Shown here: positions 1-7,988 of the stretch, one piece after another
Layout of the letters: each line of letters opens with the position of its first letter
Numbering within the stretch: the stretch's first letter is position 1
IMG/VR virus record: IMGVR_UViG_3300009688_000445
From: an uncultured virus (IMG/VR IMGVR_UViG_3300009688_000445)
Lineage: Duplodnaviria > Heunggongvirae > Uroviricota > Caudoviricetes
Direction: 5' to 3' (one strand)
DNA: 20,000 bases
The notes under the pieces: model-generated
Database searches by the model: none
What the model was told of the DNA's origin: nothing
The model's input: the letters and a program-made list of their open reading frames with translations, nothing else
Made by a program: the position numbers and the translations under genes

Positions 1-321
1 GATTTATGGATTGTTTCACCAAAACTATACTCAGAAGATATAATAAAAAGATATAATCAAGAAATTTTAGATAGATTTTTATATACGAATCATATCTTTA
101 AATTTGTTATAGGAACAGAAGAAGAACTAAGTATTGTTTTAGATTTTATAAAATCATATAAATTGGATCTAGATAATAATATTTGGTTAATGCCTAAAGG
201 TACTTCAATAGAAGAAATTAGAAAATCAAGCAAACTACTTGTCCCTGTTTGCCTAAGAAAAGGATGGAATTTATCTTCCAGACAACAGATAGTTATTTGG
301 GGCAATAAAAAAGGAGTATAA
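1..321 (+). CDS. queE: 7-carboxy-7-deazaguanine synthase QueE, C-terminal part (5' end outside window)
   Basis: Not in the ORF track. Frame 1 translates as DLWIVSPKLYS...FKFVIG...IWLMPKG...GWNLSSRQQIVIWGNKKGV*, matching the typical QueE C-terminus (SPK, KFV, LMP.G, LS.R.Q..IWG...GV). Lies near queC/folE/queF. Confidence 0.85.
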   Translation, partial: DLWIVSPKLYSEDIIKRYNQEILDRFLYTNHIFKFVIGTEEELSIVLDFIKSYKLDLDNNIWLMPKGTSIEEIRKSSKLLVPVCLRKGWNLSSRQQIVIWGNKKGV

Positions 322-325
322 TGTT

Positions 326-556
326 ATGAATTATTATTGTAAAAATGGTGCATATCATACCTATAAGTGCTGCAATACATGCTGGAATTTACATCCAAAA
401 GCAGAGAAAAATAAAATGTTTTTCGGTAGTGAGACCTTTAATAAAGTATTAGATCAAAATTTTATTCAAAAAGCAAAACAAGTAGGATTTACTGAGCAAC
501 AAATAGAATTCTTATCACAGATTATTTCTACAAGATTAAGTGTAGTTATGGAGTAA
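326..556 (+). CDS. hypothetical protein, Cys/His-rich N-terminus
   Basis: 76-aa ORF tightly packed after queE, with AGGAG at the end of queE upstream. No recognisable family. Confidence 0.6.
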   Translation: MNYYCKNGAYHTYKCCNTCWNLHPKAEKNKMFFGSETFNKVLDQNFIQKAKQVGFTEQQIEFLSQIISTRLSVVME

Positions 557-561
557 GAAGG

Positions 562-1017
562 ATGAAAATAATTACAACTTCTGATGGTAAGTGTAAAATA
601 CTTTCTTTTCTTTCTGAAAAGAATATAGCAGCATTTACACTCGATTCTGGTGATTGTCATAATGCAGAACCTATTAAATTAACGTTAAACACATATATCT
701 CCGATTTAGATATTATTGCAAGATGTGAGGGTCTTGATAAAGATTTAAGAATTTTTACTGTTTGTTCTTCTTGCGGTAAAACTTATAATGATTGTAGCTG
801 TGATCATCTTCATTCTATTGCTTCTAATTATCAATTATGTGTTAGAGATCTAGAAGGAAAATCACCAGGTTATATACAAAGAATAGAAATTTTTGGTAGT
901 GCAGATCAAGATAAACCTATTGTTAAAATATATAAATATGAAATAGATAATAGTAATACAGAAGATATAGTAGTTAAAAGAGATGAAAATGGACAACCTA
1001 AACTTTTTATATATTAG
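562..1017 (+). CDS. hypothetical protein with a putative Zn-binding motif
   Basis: 151 aa containing CSSCGKTYNDCSCDH. Operon-like spacing. Confidence 0.7.
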   Translation: MKIITTSDGKCKILSFLSEKNIAAFTLDSGDCHNAEPIKLTLNTYISDLDIIARCEGLDKDLRIFTVCSSCGKTYNDCSCDHLHSIASNYQLCVRDLEGKSPGYIQRIEIFGSADQDKPIVKIYKYEIDNSNTEDIVVKRDENGQPKLFIY

Positions 1018-1090
1018 AATTTTAAGGAAGAAATATCAACAGAAATGTTGTTTGACCGTTTCCTAATTTATTTTCTTAGGAGAAAAGATT

Positions 1091-1753
1091 ATGGGTAGAG
1101 ATACAAATTGCGTAGTACTTCTTTCTGGTGGTTTAGATTCAACAGTTATGCTGTATTGGGTGAAAGAGAGATATGATAAGGTATTTCCTCTTTATATTAA
1201 CTATGGATCAAGTCATAAAGAAAAAGAATTTTATGCCGCACAACAAACATGTAAGGAATTAGGATTATTTCTAGAAGAAGTAAAGTTAACTGGCAATATA
1301 CTTTCAGATTCTTCTCTAGTAGACAAATCTATTAGAACTCCAGATGATTTAAAAGATACAATTAATACAGTTGTTCCATTTAGAAATATTATGATGATTA
1401 GTATCGCAGCTAGTTATGCAGATAAAGTAAATGCCGGTGTAATTGCAACTAGTCCAACACGAGAAGATTTCGATGTTTTCAGAGATTGTAGAAGAGAATT
1501 TCATGATGCATTAGAAAAAACTTTACAGATTGCTGCAAAGTACGATCAACCCTATCAAATTTTAACACCTTTTATTACTAATACTAAAGAAGATGTTATT
1601 CGTATCGGTGTTGATATGGATGTAGATTTTTCAAAAACCTGGTCTTGTTATAATCCACAAAGAGACGAACCCTGTGGTGTATGTCCAGCATGTAGGGTTA
1701 GAGAAAAAGGATTTATGCTAGCTGGTGTAAAAGATCCACTTAGGAGAAATTAA
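1091..1753 (+). CDS. queC: 7-cyano-7-deazaguanine (preQ0) synthase QueC
   Basis: PP-loop SGGLDST, VPFRN, DCR and Zn site TWSCY...PCGVCPAC. AGGAG RBS at 1078-1082. Confidence 0.95.
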   Translation: MGRDTNCVVLLSGGLDSTVMLYWVKERYDKVFPLYINYGSSHKEKEFYAAQQTCKELGLFLEEVKLTGNILSDSSLVDKSIRTPDDLKDTINTVVPFRNIMMISIAASYADKVNAGVIATSPTREDFDVFRDCRREFHDALEKTLQIAAKYDQPYQILTPFITNTKEDVIRIGVDMDVDFSKTWSCYNPQRDEPCGVCPACRVREKGFMLAGVKDPLRRN

Positions 1754-2361
1754 TGCTTAGTTCATTAGATACGTTTTATTACACAGATGAAAATATAGAT
1801 TATATAGGTGATCAACTTCATAGTCTATTCAATTTTAAAACTGCTAATATGATAGGAGATTCTGTTTTTGCTTTTGAAGGAAAAATGGATGTAAAAACTG
1901 ATCATATGGTAGATATTGAAGATGTAAAAGAAAATGATTATATCTGGTCGCCTAAAGCTCTTAACTTTATTATAGAGATCTTTAACATCAATATAGAAAC
2001 TGCAGTACTATATCAAAGAGCTTTTATGCAGATTTGTACAAATGTTCTTAAAGATATATTAGCAGAATCAAATATTATAGTTTATTTAGTTAAACTGAAA
2101 GGTGATGATATTCTAGTTAAAACATTGGATGGAGAAGTTTGGAAGAAGCTTTCTGTATCTATTGCTACAGTAAGTCATATTTCTGGTTTAATCCACGTAG
2201 GTATTAATATAGATACAGATATGAATATACCTGTTCCAGCAATAGGATTACAAGAACTTATCGATTTGCATGTATACGAATTTGGTGTTCGTGTACTAGA
2301 ACAATTTAAAGACTTTCATAAATCTATAAAATTTGCTTCAGTTAAAATAAAAGGTGTTTAA
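1753..2361 (+). CDS. DUF366 family protein (biotin/lipoate ligase-like fold)
   Basis: Motifs Y.GDQL, GDSV.AF.G, MVD.EDV, QR, GDDI, KLSVSIAT, IHVGINI match my recollection of the DUF366 consensus. Overlaps the queC stop (TAATG). Confidence 0.8.
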   Translation: MLSSLDTFYYTDENIDYIGDQLHSLFNFKTANMIGDSVFAFEGKMDVKTDHMVDIEDVKENDYIWSPKALNFIIEIFNINIETAVLYQRAFMQICTNVLKDILAESNIIVYLVKLKGDDILVKTLDGEVWKKLSVSIATVSHISGLIHVGINIDTDMNIPVPAIGLQELIDLHVYEFGVRVLEQFKDFHKSIKFASVKIKGV

Positions 2362-2364
2362 TAT

Positions 2365-3009
2365 ATGGAAGAACAACTAATTAAATTACTCCAAAAAGAA
2401 TCGTTTAAGAAAATGGAAGAAGGAGCAAGACTTCTTCTTGAGGGTTTAGGTGAAGTAACAGCACCAGAATCTACCAGTCCCTTAACAACATATTCGACAA
2501 TTTCTTTGGATGATCCTAATTTTAAGAAAACACCTTATAGGATAGCAAAAGCTTGGGTAGAAATGTGTATAGGTCTTTCGCAAAAACACGAAGTAACAAA
2601 AATATTAGAAACCAATTTTCCAAGTAATTATACAGGAATGATAATTATTGATTCAATTAATTGTTATTCAATGTGTCCACATCATGCACTTCCTGTAGCT
2701 TATCGTGTAGATTTTGGATATATACCTTCTGATAAAATGTTGGGTCTTTCGAAGATTCCTAGATTTATAAAACTCTTAGCTAAACAACCCATACTTCAAG
2801 AGGATTTTACTAAACAATGTATTGAACAATTTGTCGAACATGTTAAACCTGAAGGTGCTATTTGTGTGGTAAAAGGTGTACATAATTGCATGGTTTGCAG
2901 AGGCGTTGGTGCTATTAATTCAAGTGCTACTACGTCAGAAGTCTACGGAAGTTTTGAAAAACTAGAAACTAGAACAGAATTTTTAAATTTAGTTAAAAAG
3001 AATACATAA
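2365..3009 (+). CDS. folE: GTP cyclohydrolase I
   Basis: TPYRIAKAW, SMCPHHALP, GYIP, GLSKIPR, LQE, HNCMVCRGV, R.EFL. Confidence 0.95.
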   Translation: MEEQLIKLLQKESFKKMEEGARLLLEGLGEVTAPESTSPLTTYSTISLDDPNFKKTPYRIAKAWVEMCIGLSQKHEVTKILETNFPSNYTGMIIIDSINCYSMCPHHALPVAYRVDFGYIPSDKMLGLSKIPRFIKLLAKQPILQEDFTKQCIEQFVEHVKPEGAICVVKGVHNCMVCRGVGAINSSATTSEVYGSFEKLETRTEFLNLVKKNT

Positions 3010-3575
3010 TGGTATATACTAAACAACAAAATATAGAGATATCTAAAAAAAGATATCAGTATGTTCAACAAATCATTAAACTGCTTCCTTCTAAAACTTA
3101 TTTACATGAATGTTCTTTTGAAGAAGACAAGTTTGGTGGATCTGATTTTATAATCATTCAAAAAGCAATTAATGTCAGTTATGCATGTAGATTATTAAAT
3201 GATAAACCGCATTGGGATCGTATAACTTTTCGTGTGCATACTTATGATCATACTGATGTACCTAATCAAAAATATAGTGAATACTATAAAATTCAAAGAG
3301 ATGAAGTAACTTGGGATAGGTATTTCTTTGGTCATATAAATACTAGTAATATAATAACAAAGTGGTTAATTTTTGATAGAAGAAAAGCTATAGATAGTGG
3401 CATTTTTAATATGCCAGTTCAGCTTAATAACTTCAACTATCCCAGAAATCTAAAATGGAATGATTCAAAAAAAGAAGATGATAGAACAGGATTTATTTCT
3501 TGTAGGATGTCTGATTTTTTTAAAGTTGGTGCAGTATTACATAGTTACGATAAGAAAGGTACTTTAGATGTTTAA
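3009..3575 (+). CDS. hypothetical protein, possibly PD-(D/E)XK-like nuclease
   Basis: 188 aa coupled to folE (TAATG). The pattern EED..GGSDF...YACR...ITFR...SEY.KI...D.YFFG loosely resembles phage restriction-endonuclease-fold proteins. The CDS is solid; the function is weakly supported. Confidence 0.5.
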   Translation: MVYTKQQNIEISKKRYQYVQQIIKLLPSKTYLHECSFEEDKFGGSDFIIIQKAINVSYACRLLNDKPHWDRITFRVHTYDHTDVPNQKYSEYYKIQRDEVTWDRYFFGHINTSNIITKWLIFDRRKAIDSGIFNMPVQLNNFNYPRNLKWNDSKKEDDRTGFISCRMSDFFKVGAVLHSYDKKGTLDV

Positions 3576-3804
3576 TAATTTTTTTAGAAAGAAAGAAAAA
3601 GTAATAATGGATACTATACGAGATGATGATACAGTACATTTTCTAACCACACAAAGAATTATTGAAATATTAAATGATCCCAAACTGGCATCAGAAGATG
3701 AGATTAGAAATTTAGCTTATACTGTTTTAGAAACTTTAGATATTTTAAGTAATGCAATTATGCAAAGTATCACTGATAAAGGTGATCCTTCAAATTTACA
3801 TTAA
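3568..3804 (+). CDS. hypothetical protein
   Basis: 78-aa ORF overlapping the upstream stop by 8 nt and filling the gap before queF. Confidence 0.65.
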   Translation: MFNNFFRKKEKVIMDTIRDDDTVHFLTTQRIIEILNDPKLASEDEIRNLAYTVLETLDILSNAIMQSITDKGDPSNLH

Positions 3805-3814
3805 GGAAGTATGT

Positions 3815-4990
3815 ATGAGTAATATAATAGAATTTATATCTAAATGTTTTGCTTTTAAAAAACTCAGAAAAGCAAATTATAAATGTGAATTTACTGGTGT
3901 AGAACTTTCAGGAAGTACTGGATTTGCAGTATATTCTATTTATAATATTGCAGAAATAGAAGAGTATGTAAAATCATATGAAAATAAAGATGAGATTATT
4001 TACTGGGTTTTCGATAGAATGTGGGAAGATTGGCTTTTGATAATTTCAAAAGATGTTCACTTCGAGCAAGAAGAAAAGGTTAGACAATCAATTAAATCGT
4101 TAGATGACTATGCAAAAAAGATTATAGATAAAGTTATAGATAATCTAAAAACTCCTCTAGGTTCTAGAACAGCATATATTAATGAGTACGATCCTACTCT
4201 GCTTCTTCCAGTTAAAAGACAACCTACACGTGAAGCAATTGGATATGAGTATATTCCTTTTGTAGGTCTAGATGTATGGAATGGTTATGAATTATCTTAT
4301 CTGGATAGAAATGGAAAACCTGTAAATAAAATGATTCGTATTGCTTATGATTCAGATAGTGAATCTATTATAGAATCTAAATCGTTAAAACTTTATTTTA
4401 ATTCTTTTAATAACACTATAGTAGAAAAATTAGGTAAAGGTAATATAATAGATATTATTAAGCAAGATTTAAAACAAGCAATTAAATGTAATTCTATAGA
4501 AGCATACTTTATAGAAACAAATTATATTCATGATTTTGCTAAGTATTACTATCCTATAGATCAATTACGTTGTGATAAGTATTCATATGATTATGACCCA
4601 GATTTGCTTGAAATTCAACCTTCATTATATAATTATCCTATTTTTCTAAAGACAGATTTACTTAAATCTAACTGTAGACACAGTGGTTTACCAGATTGGG
4701 GAACTGCTTATATTTCTTATGAACCAAATTCTGCGCAATTGGATCCTTATTCTGTTTTAAAATATATAATTTCTTTCAGAAATCACAGAGAATTTCATGA
4801 AGAGTGTTGTGAAAGAATTATGCACGATATCATGTTTAAAATTAACCCAAAATGGTTACGTGTAGAACTTCGGTACACACGTAGGGGCGGTTTAGATATC
4901 AACCCAATTCGTGTATTTGATTCAATAGGTGAGTATAATTATGATTTTCATGTTGAATTTTCTAGATATGCAAGGGAGATAAGGCAATAG
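3815..4990 (+). CDS. queF: NADPH-dependent preQ0 reductase QueF, bimodular (E. coli-like) type, with ~110-aa N-terminal extension
   Basis: LG..T.Y...YDP.LL, GLDVWNGYELSYL, QueF motif IESKSLKLYFNSF, catalytic LKSNC....PDWG, EFHE.C.ERI, YTRRGGLDINP, C-terminal IRQ. Start placed at ATG 3815 after AAGGAAG rather than at 3752. Confidence 0.92.
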   Translation: MSNIIEFISKCFAFKKLRKANYKCEFTGVELSGSTGFAVYSIYNIAEIEEYVKSYENKDEIIYWVFDRMWEDWLLIISKDVHFEQEEKVRQSIKSLDDYAKKIIDKVIDNLKTPLGSRTAYINEYDPTLLLPVKRQPTREAIGYEYIPFVGLDVWNGYELSYLDRNGKPVNKMIRIAYDSDSESIIESKSLKLYFNSFNNTIVEKLGKGNIIDIIKQDLKQAIKCNSIEAYFIETNYIHDFAKYYYPIDQLRCDKYSYDYDPDLLEIQPSLYNYPIFLKTDLLKSNCRHSGLPDWGTAYISYEPNSAQLDPYSVLKYIISFRNHREFHEECCERIMHDIMFKINPKWLRVELRYTRRGGLDINPIRVFDSIGEYNYDFHVEFSRYAREIRQ

Positions 4991-6013
4991 ATGGAGAGAT
5001 TAGTTCTTTCTGCTTTCATACGCTATTATCATATCTGCAAATACTTAGGAGCCAAGAACTTACTTGGCTCCAAGCATTATCCAGAGCAGATAGTAAAAGC
5101 TTTGGATTATGTTCAAGGCACAGATGCTATTAATCCTATAACAGGAGAAAGAGATAAAGGTATAGATGGCGTAAATCTTATTATAGATTCTGGAGCTTTT
5201 TCTGTTTGGAATGCAGGTGGTAAATTAGATGTAATGGAATATATTGAATTTTTACGAAAATTTGAAAAAGAACACAGATCTAAATTTAATGAAGTATGGT
5301 ATGTTAATTTAGACGTTATTCCAGGAAAACAAGGTGAATCACCTACTATGCAGCAAATTAATGATGCAATAGAGGAAGGATTTAAGAATTATGATATCAT
5401 GCGAAATGAATTTGATAATGTAATTCATGTATTCCACCAAGGTGATTCAGAAGAAGCATTATTACGATTATTAGATACAAAACCTGCTTATATTGGTATA
5501 TCTCCTTCTAATGATGTTATGACACCTCAGAGAACCATTTGGTTGGACGAAACTTTTAAGAAAGTACCGAAGGAAGTTAGAACTCATGGATTTGCTGTAA
5601 CATCTTTTGATTTAATGAAATCATTCGATTGGTTTAGTGTAGATTCAACTTCTTGGTTTATGATAGGAATGTATGGAAAGTTATCTATACCTTTTAATTC
5701 TAAAGGAAAGGTTGTGTTAGGTGACGACGATGTATATTCCAAAAAAGAAATTAGTGTTTCTGTAGAAAAAGCAAGTAAAGGTCCAGATGGATATAAATTT
5801 TTAATGCAATCACATAAAAAAGGTAATAAAGCTTTTCTTGAACAAGTAAATCAATATATAGAATATCTGTGCAAGAGATATCCATTTATAACACCTTCAG
5901 ATTTATTTTGTGAAAGAAATCAAGCAAGAGTATTTGCTAATTTAAATGTGTTTTTAGATTTCGAAAGACAAGGTAAAAGAACCTGTAATGTAGAAGTAAA
6001 TTCATTGTTCTAA
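4991..6013 (+). CDS. dpdA: TGT-fold transglycosylase, DpdA-like (7-deazaguanine insertion into DNA)
   Basis: IIDSGAFS, NLDVIPG, HVFH.GD, YIGI, THGFAVT, SVDSTSW are TGT-barrel motifs. Lacks the CxCxxC Zn site of tRNA TGTs. Starts directly after the queF stop (TAGATG). Confidence 0.78.
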   Translation: MERLVLSAFIRYYHICKYLGAKNLLGSKHYPEQIVKALDYVQGTDAINPITGERDKGIDGVNLIIDSGAFSVWNAGGKLDVMEYIEFLRKFEKEHRSKFNEVWYVNLDVIPGKQGESPTMQQINDAIEEGFKNYDIMRNEFDNVIHVFHQGDSEEALLRLLDTKPAYIGISPSNDVMTPQRTIWLDETFKKVPKEVRTHGFAVTSFDLMKSFDWFSVDSTSWFMIGMYGKLSIPFNSKGKVVLGDDDVYSKKEISVSVEKASKGPDGYKFLMQSHKKGNKAFLEQVNQYIEYLCKRYPFITPSDLFCERNQARVFANLNVFLDFERQGKRTCNVEVNSLF

Positions 6014-6028
6014 AGGAGAAGGATATTT

Positions 6029-6235
6029 ATGGTAATATATAATCCTCCACCTCAAAACCAGAGTAGAAAAAAAAGAATTCTTGGTAGAATAGTAAGATTA
6101 TTATTTTGGATTTGGTTATTTGGAGCAATACCTATAGGTGTTCTTATTAATAGTACCGCTGCACTGTATTGGATTTTAAGCCCATTTATAGTTATAGTAA
6201 TATTAGGAATCGCCAATCATATTTGGAATGGATAA
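6029..6235 (+). CDS. small membrane protein with two predicted TM helices
   Basis: Basic N-terminus followed by two hydrophobic stretches. AAGGAG/AAGGA upstream. Confidence 0.7.
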   Translation: MVIYNPPPQNQSRKKRILGRIVRLLFWIWLFGAIPIGVLINSTAALYWILSPFIVIVILGIANHIWNG

Positions 6236-6258
6236 TTAAATTAAAATTAGAGGAAAAT

Positions 6259-6564
6259 ATGGAGACACTTGGTAAAATAACATTTGAAAAGGATGTATTA
6301 AATAGTTTAAAATTTTATACCATGTTATCAATTTTTCTTGGTAGTCAGGGTATGTCTGAAGAAAGATGTTCTAGAGCTCTTACAGAATATATTCATATGT
6401 TAAAAGAAAATGATGATCATTTTAAAGATCCAGAAGTTATGTGTGCTTATTTACAAGAAGCTTATAATAAGTTACCAGCTGATTTTCTAGAATTATTCGA
6501 AATACCTTCTGGGCTGGGTGATGGGATACGAATACTTGATAAAACCTATAATTGGATAAAATAA
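6259..6564 (+). CDS. hypothetical protein
   Basis: Likely start ATG 6259 (METLGK...) after GAGGA, in frame with track ORF 6169..6564. Confidence 0.7.
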   Translation: METLGKITFEKDVLNSLKFYTMLSIFLGSQGMSEERCSRALTEYIHMLKENDDHFKDPEVMCAYLQEAYNKLPADFLELFEIPSGLGDGIRILDKTYNWIK

Positions 6565-6578
6565 CTTAAGGAGTAGAT

Positions 6579-7988
6579 ATGGCAGACGTAAAAGTTAAAG
6601 AAAAGAAAGAAAGTACATTTGTTGCGGATAAAGAACTATCTCCAGTAATTAATCAAATAAATAAAGAATTTGGTACCACCAAAATTACTACTCTTACTAA
6701 AGCTAAATCTTTTGCAGTTAAAAGATATTTTAGTGGTTCTTTTGGTATTGATCACATTACTGGTGGTGGATATACCTATAAAAGAATTCTTTTATTATAT
6801 GGTCATAAAAGTAGCGGAAAGAATAGTCAGCTTTACCAAATGCTTGCTTATAATCAGAGACTATGCAGACATTGTAAAGGTGTTCTTCCTGAATATTTTG
6901 AAGCAAAAACATACGATAGATGGACAAATATTTTAGTTAATTATAAAAATATACCTGTGTGTAATTGTGGAAAAGCACAAGGTAAGATATTTCTTCTTCT
7001 AGATTATGAAAAGTCGCTAGGTGTAGAAGAACCAAGACCTACTATAGTTAGATCTATTACAAATAGAAATACTGGCGATGAAATCAATGAAAATGATTAT
7101 AATCAACAGGTAGATATTCTAAAAGATCTTAAAGCTAAAGATAAACTAACAGATGTAGAACAATCTATGATAAAAAACATAGAAACTTGGCTACAAAATC
7201 TAGATATAAAAGAACAAGAAATTACTAAGATACCAGAAACCGATTATATGTCAGCTTGTGGAATTAATATCGATAATCTTTTGGTTGCAGAACCCAAGTT
7301 TATGGACGAAGGTATTGATATTGTTAAGAAGATTGTTAAATCTAGAGAAGTAGATGGAATTATTTGGGATTCTATCCAAGCTGCAATTCCAATGTATGTG
7401 GAAAAACGAGATGCAGAAGAAGCAACAATGGGTGTTGAAGCAAAATTAACAGGTCTTTTAATGAGACAGATTGGTGCAGCATTTGCAGCAGATGATCTTC
7501 TTGATCCTGGCGAAGCATATAAACCTACAGTATTTATTACTTCACAAGTTAGAAGTGAATTAGGTACAATGTATGCTAAACCAGATTCATACTCTGGCGG
7601 TAATGCTTTAGCTCATCATATTTCTCTTGCTCTAGAAGTTAAAAGAGATAAGTTTCTAGATCAAAACGGAAGAGAGGCTGCTTGGGGGACTGTTTATTAT
7701 GGTCAGCAAACTAGAGTTAGAGCAGAAAAAAGTAAAATAAGTTCACCAGGTGAAATGTTCACATATGATTATTACTTTAAGGCAACTCCACAATTTCCTG
7801 TTGGTACTATAGATCATATTAAAGAGATAATGGATTTAGGTATCGCTTTTTCACTAATAAAGCAAAGAGGACCTTATTTCGATTGCAACGGAAAAACGTT
7901 TCAAGGTAAAAATGCTTTAAGAGAAGCTCTTGCAATGGATCCTTCTTTCACTTCACAATTATATAATGATATTATAAAAAGGTGCTAG
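6579..7988 (+). CDS. recA: RecA-family recombinase with two insertions
   Basis: INQINKEFG, SGSFGIDHITGGG, Walker A GHKSSGK, LDYEKSL, GINIDNLLVAEP, Walker B IIWDS, SQVR, SGGNAL.H, I.Q.GPYF, FQGK. AAGGAG RBS. Confidence 0.92.
   Translation: MADVKVKEKKESTFVADKELSPVINQINKEFGTTKITTLTKAKSFAVKRYFSGSFGIDHITGGGYTYKRILLLYGHKSSGKNSQLYQMLAYNQRLCRHCKGVLPEYFEAKTYDRWTNILVNYKNIPVCNCGKAQGKIFLLLDYEKSLGVEEPRPTIVRSITNRNTGDEINENDYNQQVDILKDLKAKDKLTDVEQSMIKNIETWLQNLDIKEQEITKIPETDYMSACGINIDNLLVAEPKFMDEGIDIVKKIVKSREVDGIIWDSIQAAIPMYVEKRDAEEATMGVEAKLTGLLMRQIGAAFAADDLLDPGEAYKPTVFITSQVRSELGTMYAKPDSYSGGNALAHHISLALEVKRDKFLDQNGREAAWGTVYYGQQTRVRAEKSKISSPGEMFTYDYYFKATPQFPVGTIDHIKEIMDLGIAFSLIKQRGPYFDCNGKTFQGKNALREALAMDPSFTSQLYNDIIKRC

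Noticed and set aside
1018..1090. Canonical preQ1-I riboswitch upstream of queC
   Set aside because: I could not find the consensus P1 stem, loop and A-rich tail. Kept only as a weak structural finding.
1015..1099. Possible TAG readthrough (genetic code 15): the frame stays open for 26 codons after the TAG at 1015-1017
   Set aside because: TAG ends queF exactly at the conserved IRQ C-terminus, and ends queF and recA immediately before the next ATG. Genes are full length in the standard code.
4991..6013. Canonical tRNA-guanine transglycosylase (tgt) for queuosine tRNA modification
   Set aside because: Lacks the CxCxxC/H Zn site of tRNA TGTs, no queA or queG is in the window, and the context is phage DNA metabolism.
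6670..6936. 88-aa alternative-frame ORF inside recA
   Set aside because: Leu/Val-rich shadow translation with no motifs or RBS, unlike the nested ORF in the intein.
7020..7244. RecA insertion as a mini-intein
   Set aside because: No block A, no TxxH and no terminal HN followed by C/S/T.
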